32,000 nucleotides of DNA, taken from NCBI GenBank assembly GCA_964577555.1, contig CAZNZM010000004.1, forward strand, positions 85,300 through 117,299. The letters run 5' to 3'. Every line of letters starts with the position of its first letter. Positions within the stretch are counted from its first letter, which is position 1. A program made the translations under genes and the position numbers. Below are positions 7,955-15,044 of this stretch, piece after piece. This stretch comes from an uncultured archaeon. GTDB taxonomy: Archaea; Iainarchaeota; Iainarchaeia; Iainarchaeales; Iainarchaeaceae. The notes beneath the pieces are model-generated. The model saw only the letters and a list, made by a program, of their open reading frames with translations, was not told the origin of the DNA and made no database searches.

Positions 7955-8018
7955 AAAAAACAAAAAAATAATGACAAAAAAAGGCTCGCCAAAACAAATT
8001 TAAAAAAAATAAAAAAAT

Positions 8019-8141
8019 TCAAGCTTTCTCATAATCCTTCAAATTCTTTAAAGCGTTCTCAAGCAAAATTTTTTTCCTCAAACTTTTTTCCTTAGAAATC
8101 AACCGGTCGATTTCACTTATAATCATTTCAATTTCCAACAT
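8019..8141 (-). CDS. candidate 40-aa helical small protein, absent from the ORF track
   Basis: MLEIEMIISEIDRLISKEKSLRKKILLENALKNLKDYEKA. TATA-like TTTTTAAATT lies on the minus strand (top-strand 8164-8173), 22 nt before the ATG. This patch is top-strand T-rich, against the local A/C background. Confidence 0.35.
   Translation of the reverse strand: MLEIEMIISEIDRLISKEKSLRKKILLENALKNLKDYEKA
8069..8089 (+). terminator. oligo-T tracts: first plus-strand T-runs downstream of gene 6900..7550
   Basis: T7 at 8069-8075 and T6 at 8084-8089. Archaeal termination typically uses oligo-T. These tracts overlap the candidate minus-strand small ORF. Confidence 0.35.
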
Positions 8142-8191
8142 ATTACTAATAAATCATTCGAGCAATTTAAAAATAAAAGCAAAAAAAATAA

Positions 8192-8593
8192 TCAACGCAA
8201 AGTGCTTTGCAAACCACAAAGAACATCAATAGAAACACCAAACTTTCTCGCCTTTTCAAACGAAATAGTATAATACTTTCCCTTGGCAAAATCAGAAGCC
8301 TTAAGAAAAAACCAGCCTTTATTAGGATACTTCCAAGCAATATAAGTTTCACTGCCAGCAATCCTCTCCCACTTTATGAGGTCATTCATTTGAATGGAAC
8401 TAATAGCTAAATAAGGAGCTCTCCAAGCCTTACATTCTATTGAAATATTCCTGCCATTACCAAGCACAATAAGGTCAGGGCTAGGCAAATGATTCTTGCC
8501 AGAACCAGCACTGCGAACAACAGCAAAACCGCGTTCAGCAAAAAGCTCCATAAGTTCACGCTCAGCACTTGCCCCTTTATTATAACGAGCCAT
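8192..8593 (-). CDS. hjc: Holliday junction resolvase Hjc
   Basis: 133 aa. KGASAERELMELFAERGFAVVRSAGSG...PDLIV...ECK matches the archaeal Hjc nuclease core. A T8 tract on the minus strand lies just after the stop. Confidence 0.9.
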   Translation of the reverse strand: MARYNKGASAERELMELFAERGFAVVRSAGSGKNHLPSPDLIVLGNGRNISIECKAWRAPYLAISSIQMNDLIKWERIAGSETYIAWKYPNKGWFFLKASDFAKGKYYTISFEKARKFGVSIDVLCGLQSTLR

Positions 8594-8613
8594 AAAAAAA
8601 CTAACAACACTTT

Positions 8614-8625
8614 CATTTAAAATTT
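8614..8625 (-). promoter_or_regulatory. TATA-like box for hjc
   Basis: The minus strand reads AAATTTTAAATG, centred ~26 nt upstream of ATG 8593 (leaderless geometry). Confidence 0.4.
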
Positions 8626-8817
8626 GAAGCCCGACAAAAAAACCAAAACAAAAACAAAAAAACAGAGCCTACAAGGTTTGACGAAAAATTAAACAGAAAA
8701 AGGCACAACGTCACATTAATATACTTTTTCCAAGCAAAAATAAATACAAGCCCAAAAGGGCATTATGCTTAGAGAATCAGGATTTAAGCTTTTGAAACAA
8801 AAAAAATTGGTTATTGC

Positions 8818-9099
8818 GTGACACAAAAAATCGCAAAAATAGAATTGGAAACAATCCCTAATTCAGACAAATTCAGAATTATGGGTTTCAATCCATGGAC
8901 AGGAAGACTAAGAGTCAAAATAAAATCAAAAGCTCAAAAAGGAGAAGCTAATAAAGAACTTTTATTAGAATTTCAAAAAATATTCAAAAACGAAGCACAA
9001 ATCCTTTCAGGAGAAAAAAGCAGAAAAAAAACAATACTGCTAAAAAACATCTCGGAAAAGGAAGCAAAAGAAACACTTACAAAAAAAAGCAAATCCTGA
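8818..9099 (+). CDS. DUF167 / YggU-family (UPF0235) protein
   Basis: 93 aa with a GTG start. RLRVKIKSKAQKGEANKELLLEFQKIF matches the DUF167 core (K..A..G.AN.EL..FL). Confidence 0.7.
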   Translation: MTQKIAKIELETIPNSDKFRIMGFNPWTGRLRVKIKSKAQKGEANKELLLEFQKIFKNEAQILSGEKSRKKTILLKNISEKEAKETLTKKSKS

Positions 9100-9132
9100 T
9101 TCTAAAAACCAAAAAAAAAGGAGATGGAAAAA

Positions 9133-10542
9133 ATGGCAAAAACATACATAAATGCTGTAAAATACGCAATCAAAATGAGTTTTGAAGTCGACGGAATAGT
9201 TGATAAACCAGACATAATAGGCGCAATATTCGGACAAAGCGAAGGACTGCTTGGAGACGAAATGGACCTCAAAGAACTGCAAAAAAACGGAAAACTTGGA
9301 AGAATAGAAATCAATCACACAACATCAATGGGAAAAACAAAAGGCGAAGTCCTAATACCTTCCTCGCTTGACATGGCCGAAACAAGCCTTTTAGCAGCAG
9401 GAATAGAAACAGTAGACAAAGTAGGCCCATGCGAAGCAAAATTCAAATTAATCGACATAGAAGACACAAGAACAGAAAAAAGACAAGAAATAAAAGACAG
9501 GGCAAAAGAAATACTAAAAATGCTAATGGAAAAATCATCACCAGAAACACAAACACTTTCAGACGAAATAAGAGAAAACGCAAGAGCGGCTGACATAATA
9601 GAATACGGCCCCGACAAACTACCAGCAGGTCCAGATGTTGAAACAAGCGAAGAAATAATAATAGTTGAAGGAAGAGCAGACGTACTCAACATGCTCAAAA
9701 ACCAAATAAAAAATGTAATAGGAATGAATGGCTCAAACATATCTCCAAGCCTTGCACAACTAACCAAAACAAAAACAGTAACAGCATTCGTTGACGGCGA
9801 CAGAGGAGGAATACTCAACGCAAGAAAACTTATGCAAATAGCAAAAGTGGATTTTATAGCACAAGCACCAACCGGAAAAGAAGTAGAAGAACTCACAAGA
9901 AAAGAAATACTGCTTTCACTAAAAAAGAAAAAACCAGCAACAGAAATAGAAGACACAAACACCCAACAAAAAGAATATCAAGGACACATATTCAAAGAAA
10001 GAATAACAGAAAACCAATATAACAGAAGACACCCAAGAAAAAATATGTACAGAGAAACAGAAAGTTACTACAAAAAAAACCAAGAATACAACCTAAATAT
10101 AAGAAATAAAAGAGGAAGACGCATAAACACAAGAAGCACGACAAGATATGCACCATCAATAAGCAGAAACCAAAAACCACAAACAAATTGGGTGCAAAAA
10201 ATAGAAAGAGTACCATTCAACATTGACAACACGGAACCAAAAACAACACCACAAAAACTGTCACAAGACGAAGAAGCAATATTCAAACCGTTTTTTGAAC
10301 AACTTAAAGGAACAATGACTGCAAAAATACTCGGCAAAAAAAACGAAATAATCAAAGAAGCAAAAGTAAAAGACTTAATAAAAGAGCTACCAGAAATCAA
10401 AGAAGCCAACGCAATAATATTCGACGGAGTAATAACAAAAAGACTAATAGAAGCCGCAGAAAAATCCGGAATAAAATACATAATCGGAGCCAAAAAAGGA
10501 AAAATAGAAAATAACAACAATGTAAAAACAATAACACTATAA
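9133..10542 (+). CDS. dnaG: archaeal DnaG-type primase (TOPRIM)
   Basis: TOPRIM motifs IIIVEGRADV and FVDGDRGG. I prefer ATG 9133 (AGGAG at 9119-9123, 9-nt spacer) over ATG 9124. Carries a K/R/N-rich low-complexity insert. Confidence 0.85.
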   Translation: MAKTYINAVKYAIKMSFEVDGIVDKPDIIGAIFGQSEGLLGDEMDLKELQKNGKLGRIEINHTTSMGKTKGEVLIPSSLDMAETSLLAAGIETVDKVGPCEAKFKLIDIEDTRTEKRQEIKDRAKEILKMLMEKSSPETQTLSDEIRENARAADIIEYGPDKLPAGPDVETSEEIIIVEGRADVLNMLKNQIKNVIGMNGSNISPSLAQLTKTKTVTAFVDGDRGGILNARKLMQIAKVDFIAQAPTGKEVEELTRKEILLSLKKKKPATEIEDTNTQQKEYQGHIFKERITENQYNRRHPRKNMYRETESYYKKNQEYNLNIRNKRGRRINTRSTTRYAPSISRNQKPQTNWVQKIERVPFNIDNTEPKTTPQKLSQDEEAIFKPFFEQLKGTMTAKILGKKNEIIKEAKVKDLIKELPEIKEANAIIFDGVITKRLIEAAEKSGIKYIIGAKKGKIENNNNVKTITL

Positions 10543-10621
10543 AACAAAAACCTAAATACAAACAACCTCCAATTTCAAAATAAAAAAAAGCAACAACAAT
10601 AAAATTCCAAAAAAATAAATT

Positions 10622-11083
10622 TCACTTCTTCCTCTTTGCAAAAGGCCTGGCTACTTCAACGACTTGCTTAGACTCCTTCAAATCCCTTATATTTTCCTCT
10701 ATAGGAATTATAACCCTATCAGACTTATAAAACATCCAACCAACAAACAAAACTGCAAGCCAAAAGAAAACATTGGCAATAGGCACCAAAAGACCCTGCC
10801 AAAATTGCCTAATAGTAAGCTCCCTCGAAGAAGGCCTCACAACAACGCCTGTAGAATCATACAAATTTTTAGCACAAACAGCAAACTCCGCCTTCCCATC
10901 ATAAGTCGAATAATCAATATTCTGCGCACACTCTTTATAAGCCTTTAAATTATCCCAAGAATCAAACATTACTGCAGTTGAATGAATAAACATCAACAAC
11001 GCCCATACAACAACAAAAGCACCCACAAGCTTTGGAGTATGAACATCCCTACCAGCAATCCTAAAATAAATAAGCTTCCTCAT
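10622..11083 (-). CDS. hypothetical membrane protein (2 TM helices)
   Basis: 153-aa ORF with ATG start and two hydrophobic helices. No family recognised. Confidence 0.55.
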   Translation of the reverse strand: MRKLIYFRIAGRDVHTPKLVGAFVVVWALLMFIHSTAVMFDSWDNLKAYKECAQNIDYSTYDGKAEFAVCAKNLYDSTGVVVRPSSRELTIRQFWQGLLVPIANVFFWLAVLFVGWMFYKSDRVIIPIEENIRDLKESKQVVEVARPFAKRKK

Positions 11084-11218
11084 CTAAACCTATTTTAATA
11101 CATTAATTTAATATATAAATCTTGCCAAAGACCCCAAAATTATCAAAAAAACCTTTGCTAAAAAAAAACACAAATAAAACACGCAATATAAAGTTTTTGC
11201 TGGAATAAGTCACATAAC

Positions 11219-11226
11219 TTTATAAA
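11219..11226 (+). promoter_or_regulatory. TATA box for tRNA-Val
   Basis: TTTATAAA ends 20 nt before the first tRNA base, which is canonical archaeal spacing. Confidence 0.55.
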
Positions 11227-11245
11227 AAACAACAAAAAAAATAAA

Positions 11246-11318
11246 GGGCCGGTGGTCTAGCGGTTATGACACATCGTTTACACCGATGAGGTCGCAGGTT
11301 CGACTCCTGCCCGGCCCA
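11246..11318 (+). tRNA. tRNA-Val (anticodon TAC)
   Basis: Folded by hand: acceptor GGGCCGG/CCGGCCC, anticodon stem CATCG/CGATG, loop TTTACAC, T-arm GCAGG-TTCGACT-CCTGC, discriminator A. No encoded CCA. Confidence 0.9.
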
Positions 11319-11320
11319 AT

Positions 11321-11494
11321 AAAAAAAACAAAACTGCTACAAAAAAAACAAAAAAAATTTAACCTAAAAAATCGGCTGCAAAAAACACTGACAATACAAA
11401 AAAAATCCAAAAATAACAAAAACCATAAAAACTTAAAAACAACTTAAAAAAAAATTCAAAAACAATAATAATAAGCAAAATAATAATCAGTAAA
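11321..11494. repeat. A/C-rich intergenic island (small member)
   Basis: A-runs carrying AAACTGCTAC, AATCGGCTGCAAAAAAC and CACTGACAATAC. Confidence 0.5.
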
Positions 11495-13153
11495 ATGAAA
11501 AAAAACATAATTGCACTAATCATGCTAATAAACATAGCAACAATAACACAATCAAACGAAATAATTCCAAACACTATAAAATCTGCAGACTTTACAATTC
11601 ATACAGAAACAAAAGGAAACTTCTACGGAAAAATAACAAACGGAGACACCCTAGAAATAAAAATACTACAACCACAAAATAACGAAACACAAAAAATAAT
11701 AGAAGAAGAAAGCTACTTAGAAATAGGAAATGACAAAATACTGCCAACAAAAACAAATGAAAAAGAACTCCAATACCTAACATTCAAAATAAGCAACTTA
11801 TTAAAATACGCAAAAACACCTGAATTCAAAATAAAAAACACTGTAAGAGTGAAAAAAACAACTGACATAAAAATAGGAAAAGATTACAACCTGACAAAAA
11901 CAATAAACAAATACGAAGAATACAAAAAGCCAAGCGAATATGTTGAATCAAACGATCCAACACTGCAAAGCAAAGCAACACTTGAATTTACTTCAGACTC
12001 ATGGATAGAAAATGCAATACAAATATCGGAATGGATTAACTCAAACATAAAATACGACTTTGAAAATTATTACAACGAAACATACAGCGCAAAACAAACC
12101 TACAACAACAAAGCAGGAGTATGCGACGAATTCGCAAACCTAACAATAGCATTCGGCAGAATAAAAGGAATACCTGCAAAATATGTCGCAGGAATAAGCT
12201 TTGACGGCCAAAGATTCGCAAACCACGGTTGGGCAGAATTTTACAACCCTGAAACCGGCTGGATTCCAATAGATACAACTTTTGCAGAAACAGGATACGT
12301 AGATGCGGCACACATAGAATACTCAAAATCGAAAGATGCGAATAAAAACCCAGACATGATAATAATAACAAACAGCAAATACCAAATAGAAGCCTATGCA
12401 ACAACATCAGAACCAGAAGTAACAATAAACTCAATAGAAAGATTCTCAAGAATGACAAAAATAACAGATGAAACCCCAGAAAAAGTATCCCCAAACGAAC
12501 AATTCGAAATCAAAGCAACAATACAAAACATCTCAAACAATGACGGAATATTTCCAATAAAACTAATAATACACCCTGATTTCAAAACAACAAACACACA
12601 AAAACTAATACACTTAAAAGCTGGAGAAACCAAAAAAATAAGTTGGAAAACAACAGCACCAAACGAAAACACCGAAGAAACAGACTACACTTACAAAACG
12701 ATAATAGCCACAATAGACGGAAACATAGAAAAAACAATAACCGTAACAGGAAAAAAAGACGAAACAAAAAAGGAAATATCAATAATAGACATAAACCCAG
12801 AAATAAAAGAAAATAAAATAAAAATCACTATAACACTGGAAAACCCAAACCAAACCCAAAAAATAAAAATAAAATTCCTAAAAGAAAACGAAACAATAGA
12901 AAAAGAATACGAACTGCCAAACCAATCATATTACAAAATTGAAGAAACTTTTGACAACACCAATACAGACACAATAGAAATCAAAATATACTTAAAAGAA
13001 GAAAAAACATACAAAATAACAATTCCAAAACAAAAAGAAGAAACAAACCAAGAAGAACAAACAACGCTTATAGCAAAAATAACAGCTACAATAATTATAA
13101 CAATTACAACAATAATAATTACAGCACTATTAATTGCAAAATCAAGACAATAA
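11495..13153 (+). CDS. transglutaminase-like cysteine protease domain surface protein
   Basis: N-terminal signal/anchor. Cys-His-Asp core in GVCDEFANL, HGWAEFY and WIPIDTT. Ig-like C-terminal half. C-terminal TM anchor ATIIITITTIIITALLIAKSRQ. Confidence 0.8.
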   Translation: MKKNIIALIMLINIATITQSNEIIPNTIKSADFTIHTETKGNFYGKITNGDTLEIKILQPQNNETQKIIEEESYLEIGNDKILPTKTNEKELQYLTFKISNLLKYAKTPEFKIKNTVRVKKTTDIKIGKDYNLTKTINKYEEYKKPSEYVESNDPTLQSKATLEFTSDSWIENAIQISEWINSNIKYDFENYYNETYSAKQTYNNKAGVCDEFANLTIAFGRIKGIPAKYVAGISFDGQRFANHGWAEFYNPETGWIPIDTTFAETGYVDAAHIEYSKSKDANKNPDMIIITNSKYQIEAYATTSEPEVTINSIERFSRMTKITDETPEKVSPNEQFEIKATIQNISNNDGIFPIKLIIHPDFKTTNTQKLIHLKAGETKKISWKTTAPNENTEETDYTYKTIIATIDGNIEKTITVTGKKDETKKEISIIDINPEIKENKIKITITLENPNQTQKIKIKFLKENETIEKEYELPNQSYYKIEETFDNTNTDTIEIKIYLKEEKTYKITIPKQKEETNQEEQTTLIAKITATIIITITTIIITALLIAKSRQ

Positions 13154-13207
13154 AAAAAACCAAAAATTGTTGGGTTTAAAAGAATTTGCCAAAAAAGATC
13201 TTTGCAA

Positions 13208-13279
13208 GCGACCGTAGTCTAGTGGTTATGATTCGACCTTGCCAAGGTCGGGGCCCGGGTTCAATTCCCGGCGGTCGCA
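13208..13279 (+). tRNA. tRNA-Gly (anticodon GCC)
   Basis: Acceptor GCGACCG/CGGTCGC, anticodon stem CGACC/GGTCG, loop TTGCCAA, T-arm CCGGG-TTCAATT-CCCGG. TATA-like TTTAAAAG at 13175-13182. Confidence 0.9.
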
Positions 13280-13899
13280 CCTTTCAAATCAAACTCAGAT
13301 TTAATTATTCTCACAACTTGCGCCTTAACACTTCCAATATCCTTTGACGCATCAATAAAAAAAATTTTTTCAAAAGGAAAAACAGACTTCAAATCCAAAA
13401 AACCACGCCTCACCTTTTCCAAAAAATCTTCCCTCTCAAAAACATCAACATGATTACGCCTGCCTATCCTCTTCAAAGCATCAGCAACAGGCAAATCCAA
13501 AATAAAAACCAAATCAGGAGAAGGTAAACCAGCATGCAAATCAAAAATTTTTTTCAAAGAAATGCCTTGCAAAGCCTGATAAACAAAAGTACTATACTTG
13601 AACCTATCAGACAAAATTATTTTGCCCTCACTCAAAGCAGGAATTATTTCCTTTTCAACATGCTCTCTCCGGTCATATACATACAATTCAAGAAACTGAT
13701 TTGCATTAACAATTGGATCAACATTTGACTTAAGCAATTCCCTAACCTTCTTGCCAAAAAAACCATTAGTAGGCTCGGCAGTTACGATAATTTTTGACCT
13801 AGAAACCCCCATTTCAGTAAACCAAACCTTTATCTCACGAGCCAAAGTCCCCTTTCCAGAACCATCAATGCCGTCAAATACAATCCAAAAACCCTTCAT
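13261..13899 (-). CDS. tmk: thymidylate kinase
   Basis: MKGFWIVFDGIDGSGKGT P-loop and DRF motif. I prefer ATG 13899 over TTG 13905. The last 19 nt overlap tRNA-Gly(GCC) on the opposite strand. Confidence 0.9.
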   Translation of the reverse strand: MKGFWIVFDGIDGSGKGTLAREIKVWFTEMGVSRSKIIVTAEPTNGFFGKKVRELLKSNVDPIVNANQFLELYVYDRREHVEKEIIPALSEGKIILSDRFKYSTFVYQALQGISLKKIFDLHAGLPSPDLVFILDLPVADALKRIGRRNHVDVFEREDFLEKVRRGFLDLKSVFPFEKIFFIDASKDIGSVKAQVVRIIKSEFDLKGATAGN

Positions 13900-14033
13900 C
13901 ACCAAAAATTAAAATGAAAAAGATTAATTAAACCCCCTTATTAAAAAAGAAAACCACAAAAAAAATCAAATAAAAAGCCATGTTAAGACTTTTAACCATT
14001 TCCAATTCATTTTAATTTATAAAACAAAAAAAA

Positions 14034-14104
14034 GCACCTGTGGGGTAGCGGTAGCCTTAGAGCCTTCCAAGCTCTCGGCCCGGGTTCAAATCCCGGCGGG
14101 TGCA
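14034..14104 (+). tRNA. tRNA-Gly (anticodon TCC)
   Basis: Acceptor GCACCTG/CGGGTGC with one G-T pair, anticodon stem AGAGC/GCTCT, loop CTTCCAA, T-arm CCGGG-TTCAAAT-CCCGG. Confidence 0.88.
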
Positions 14105-14129
14105 ATAAACTTCAACTAAAAAGTAAAAG

Positions 14130-14456
14130 ATGAAAAAAATGAAACCTAAAAAAATACAAATTCTCGGACTTGAAAGAATTTACAGACTTTTTGAACTGGC
14201 TGAAAAAGAATTTGAAAAACACCCAGAAAGAAGCAAAAGATACATAGAAATAGCAAGAGAAATAGTAAAAAAAAGCAGGACAAGAATTCCAGACGAACTA
14301 AAAACAAAATTCTGCAAAAAATGCAACGCATTCCTAAAAGAAGAAAAAAACTCGCAAATACAAAAACAAAACAACATGAAAATAATAAAATGCCTAGAAT
14401 GCGGCTTCACAAGAAAAACAGGAAAAAAACCCAAAAAAACAGATTGTATAAAATAA
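14130..14456 (+). CDS. rnp4: RNase P protein component 4 (Rpp21/Rpr2 family)
   Basis: 108 aa. RIYRLFELAEKEF...RYIEIAREI helical N-terminus and zinc ribbon CKKC...CLECG. Confidence 0.85.
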   Translation: MKKMKPKKIQILGLERIYRLFELAEKEFEKHPERSKRYIEIAREIVKKSRTRIPDELKTKFCKKCNAFLKEEKNSQIQKQNNMKIIKCLECGFTRKTGKKPKKTDCIK

Positions 14457-14900
14457 AAAAAAACAAAAAAAATGAAACCAACAAACCAAAAAAAAAACAA
14501 AACTTCAAACAAAAAAAATACCAAACAAAAAATATCAAAAAAATGCCTAACAAAAAAATAAAAAAAATAAAATAGATCAAAAAAAACTACTTGCAAAAAA
14601 ACAAAACCCAATTAAAAAAACAACAAAAAAAACAAATTGAAAAAAAATAAATGAGAAAAAAAATTAAGGCACACAAAGACAAAACAAAAAATAAATACCC
14701 AAAAAAATGAAATCAAACAAAAAAAATAAAGTTGCCAAAAAAAATGGCTTGCAAAAACAAAAAGAAAAAAAAGCAATTTGAATTTTCTTAAAAACAAAAA
14801 AAACACAAAAATCGGTCGACAAAAAAATGCCAAAAAAAACGAGACAAAGAAAAAAATGACACAAAAAAAATAATTAGAAAATGGAAAAGACAAAGCCTCT
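14457..14900. repeat. A/C-rich intergenic island (~445 bp)
   Basis: Words include ACTACTTGC, CCCAATTAAAAAAA (module shared with 21041 and 25761), TAAGGCACAC, GTTGCCAAAAAAAATGGCTTGC, TCGGTCGAC, ATGCCAAAA and ATGACAC. Confidence 0.8.
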
Positions 14901-14967
14901 AAAACAAGCTTTTTAAATGTTTTTTGAGAAACATTAATAACTTCTAATTTTAATTAATTGGAAGTTT

Positions 14968-15026
14968 TTTCGCTTACGCGAAATAAAACGCAATTCAGTT
15001 TTCCCCGAAAGGGGGCTCAAAAACTG
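14968..15026 (+). promoter_or_regulatory. two GC-rich hairpins in the putative 5' leader of the S19e operon
   Basis: Hairpin A: TTTCGC-TTAC-GCGAAA (14968-14983). Hairpin B: CAGTTTT / CCCC-GAAA-GGGG / bulge GCTCA / AAAACTG (14996-15026). AGGTG Shine-Dalgarno at 15033-15037. Confidence 0.45.
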
Positions 15027-15044
15027 AAAAAAAGGTGTGAACAA

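Larger units (their letters stand above)
7551..8010. repeat. A/C-rich intergenic island (~460 bp) with G/T-containing punctuation words
   Basis: Words include CGGCTCTAC, CTTGGCTA, CGGCTCAC, TGACTTGC, CTTGACAAGC, TTGGCTTGC, TTGACA, TCGTCC, TGGCTCAC and GGCTCGCC. No credible ORF. Confidence 0.8.

Noticed and set aside
7638-7997. Long minus-strand Phe/Leu/Cys-rich ORFs in the islands (3462-3665, 7638-7997, 7726-7941, 14612-14893, 14664-14864, 20792-21064, 20955-21149, 25518-25712)
   Set aside because: They are translations of the poly-T complement of the A-tracts (TTT/TTG/TGT codons). They overlap one another in several frames, and I see no start context or promoter. They are low-complexity artefacts.
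7551-8010. The A/C islands (also 14457-14900, 20761-21290 and 25462-25938) as CRISPR arrays, given the roughly 35-bp spacing of some words
   Set aside because: There is no conserved 24-37 nt direct repeat; the recurring words are only 6-10 nt and variable. The 'spacers' are low-complexity A-runs, the spacing is irregular (12-56 bp), and there are no cas genes in the window.
7551-8010. The islands as a replication origin (AT-rich DNA with repeated boxes)
   Set aside because: At least four large islands occur within 32 kb. There is no orc1/cdc6 gene nearby, I recognise no ORB or mini-ORB-like consensus, and the strand composition does not switch sign anywhere in the window.
7946-8095. Lys-rich micro-ORFs starting ATGGCTCAC in the shared module (7946-8095 MAHKKQKNNDKKRLAKTN...; 25596-25718 MAHQKKQKLSKKRLTKNN...; 14-codon spacing from the ATG to AGGCTC preserved in both)
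   Set aside because: Nucleotide similarity extends equally far upstream of the ATG. There is no Shine-Dalgarno sequence or TATA box, the sequences diverge completely after ~18 codons, and any A-rich DNA reads as poly-Lys. Ribo-seq is worth checking, but the sequence alone does not support them.
11246-14104. The tRNA-flanked segment (tRNA-Val ... tRNA-Gly ... tRNA-Gly) as an integrated mobile element or genomic island
   Set aside because: There is no integrase, transposase or phage gene, and I could find no direct repeat of a tRNA 3' end. The enclosed genes (surface protein, tmk) have host-like composition.
14968-15044. The S19e-leader hairpins as a C/D-box or H/ACA guide RNA (CTGA at 15023-15026, ACA at 15041-15043)
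   Set aside because: There is no C box (RUGAUGA) or C'/D' arrangement. There is also no pseudouridylation-pocket geometry, and the ACA lies 15 nt beyond the stem rather than adjacent to it.
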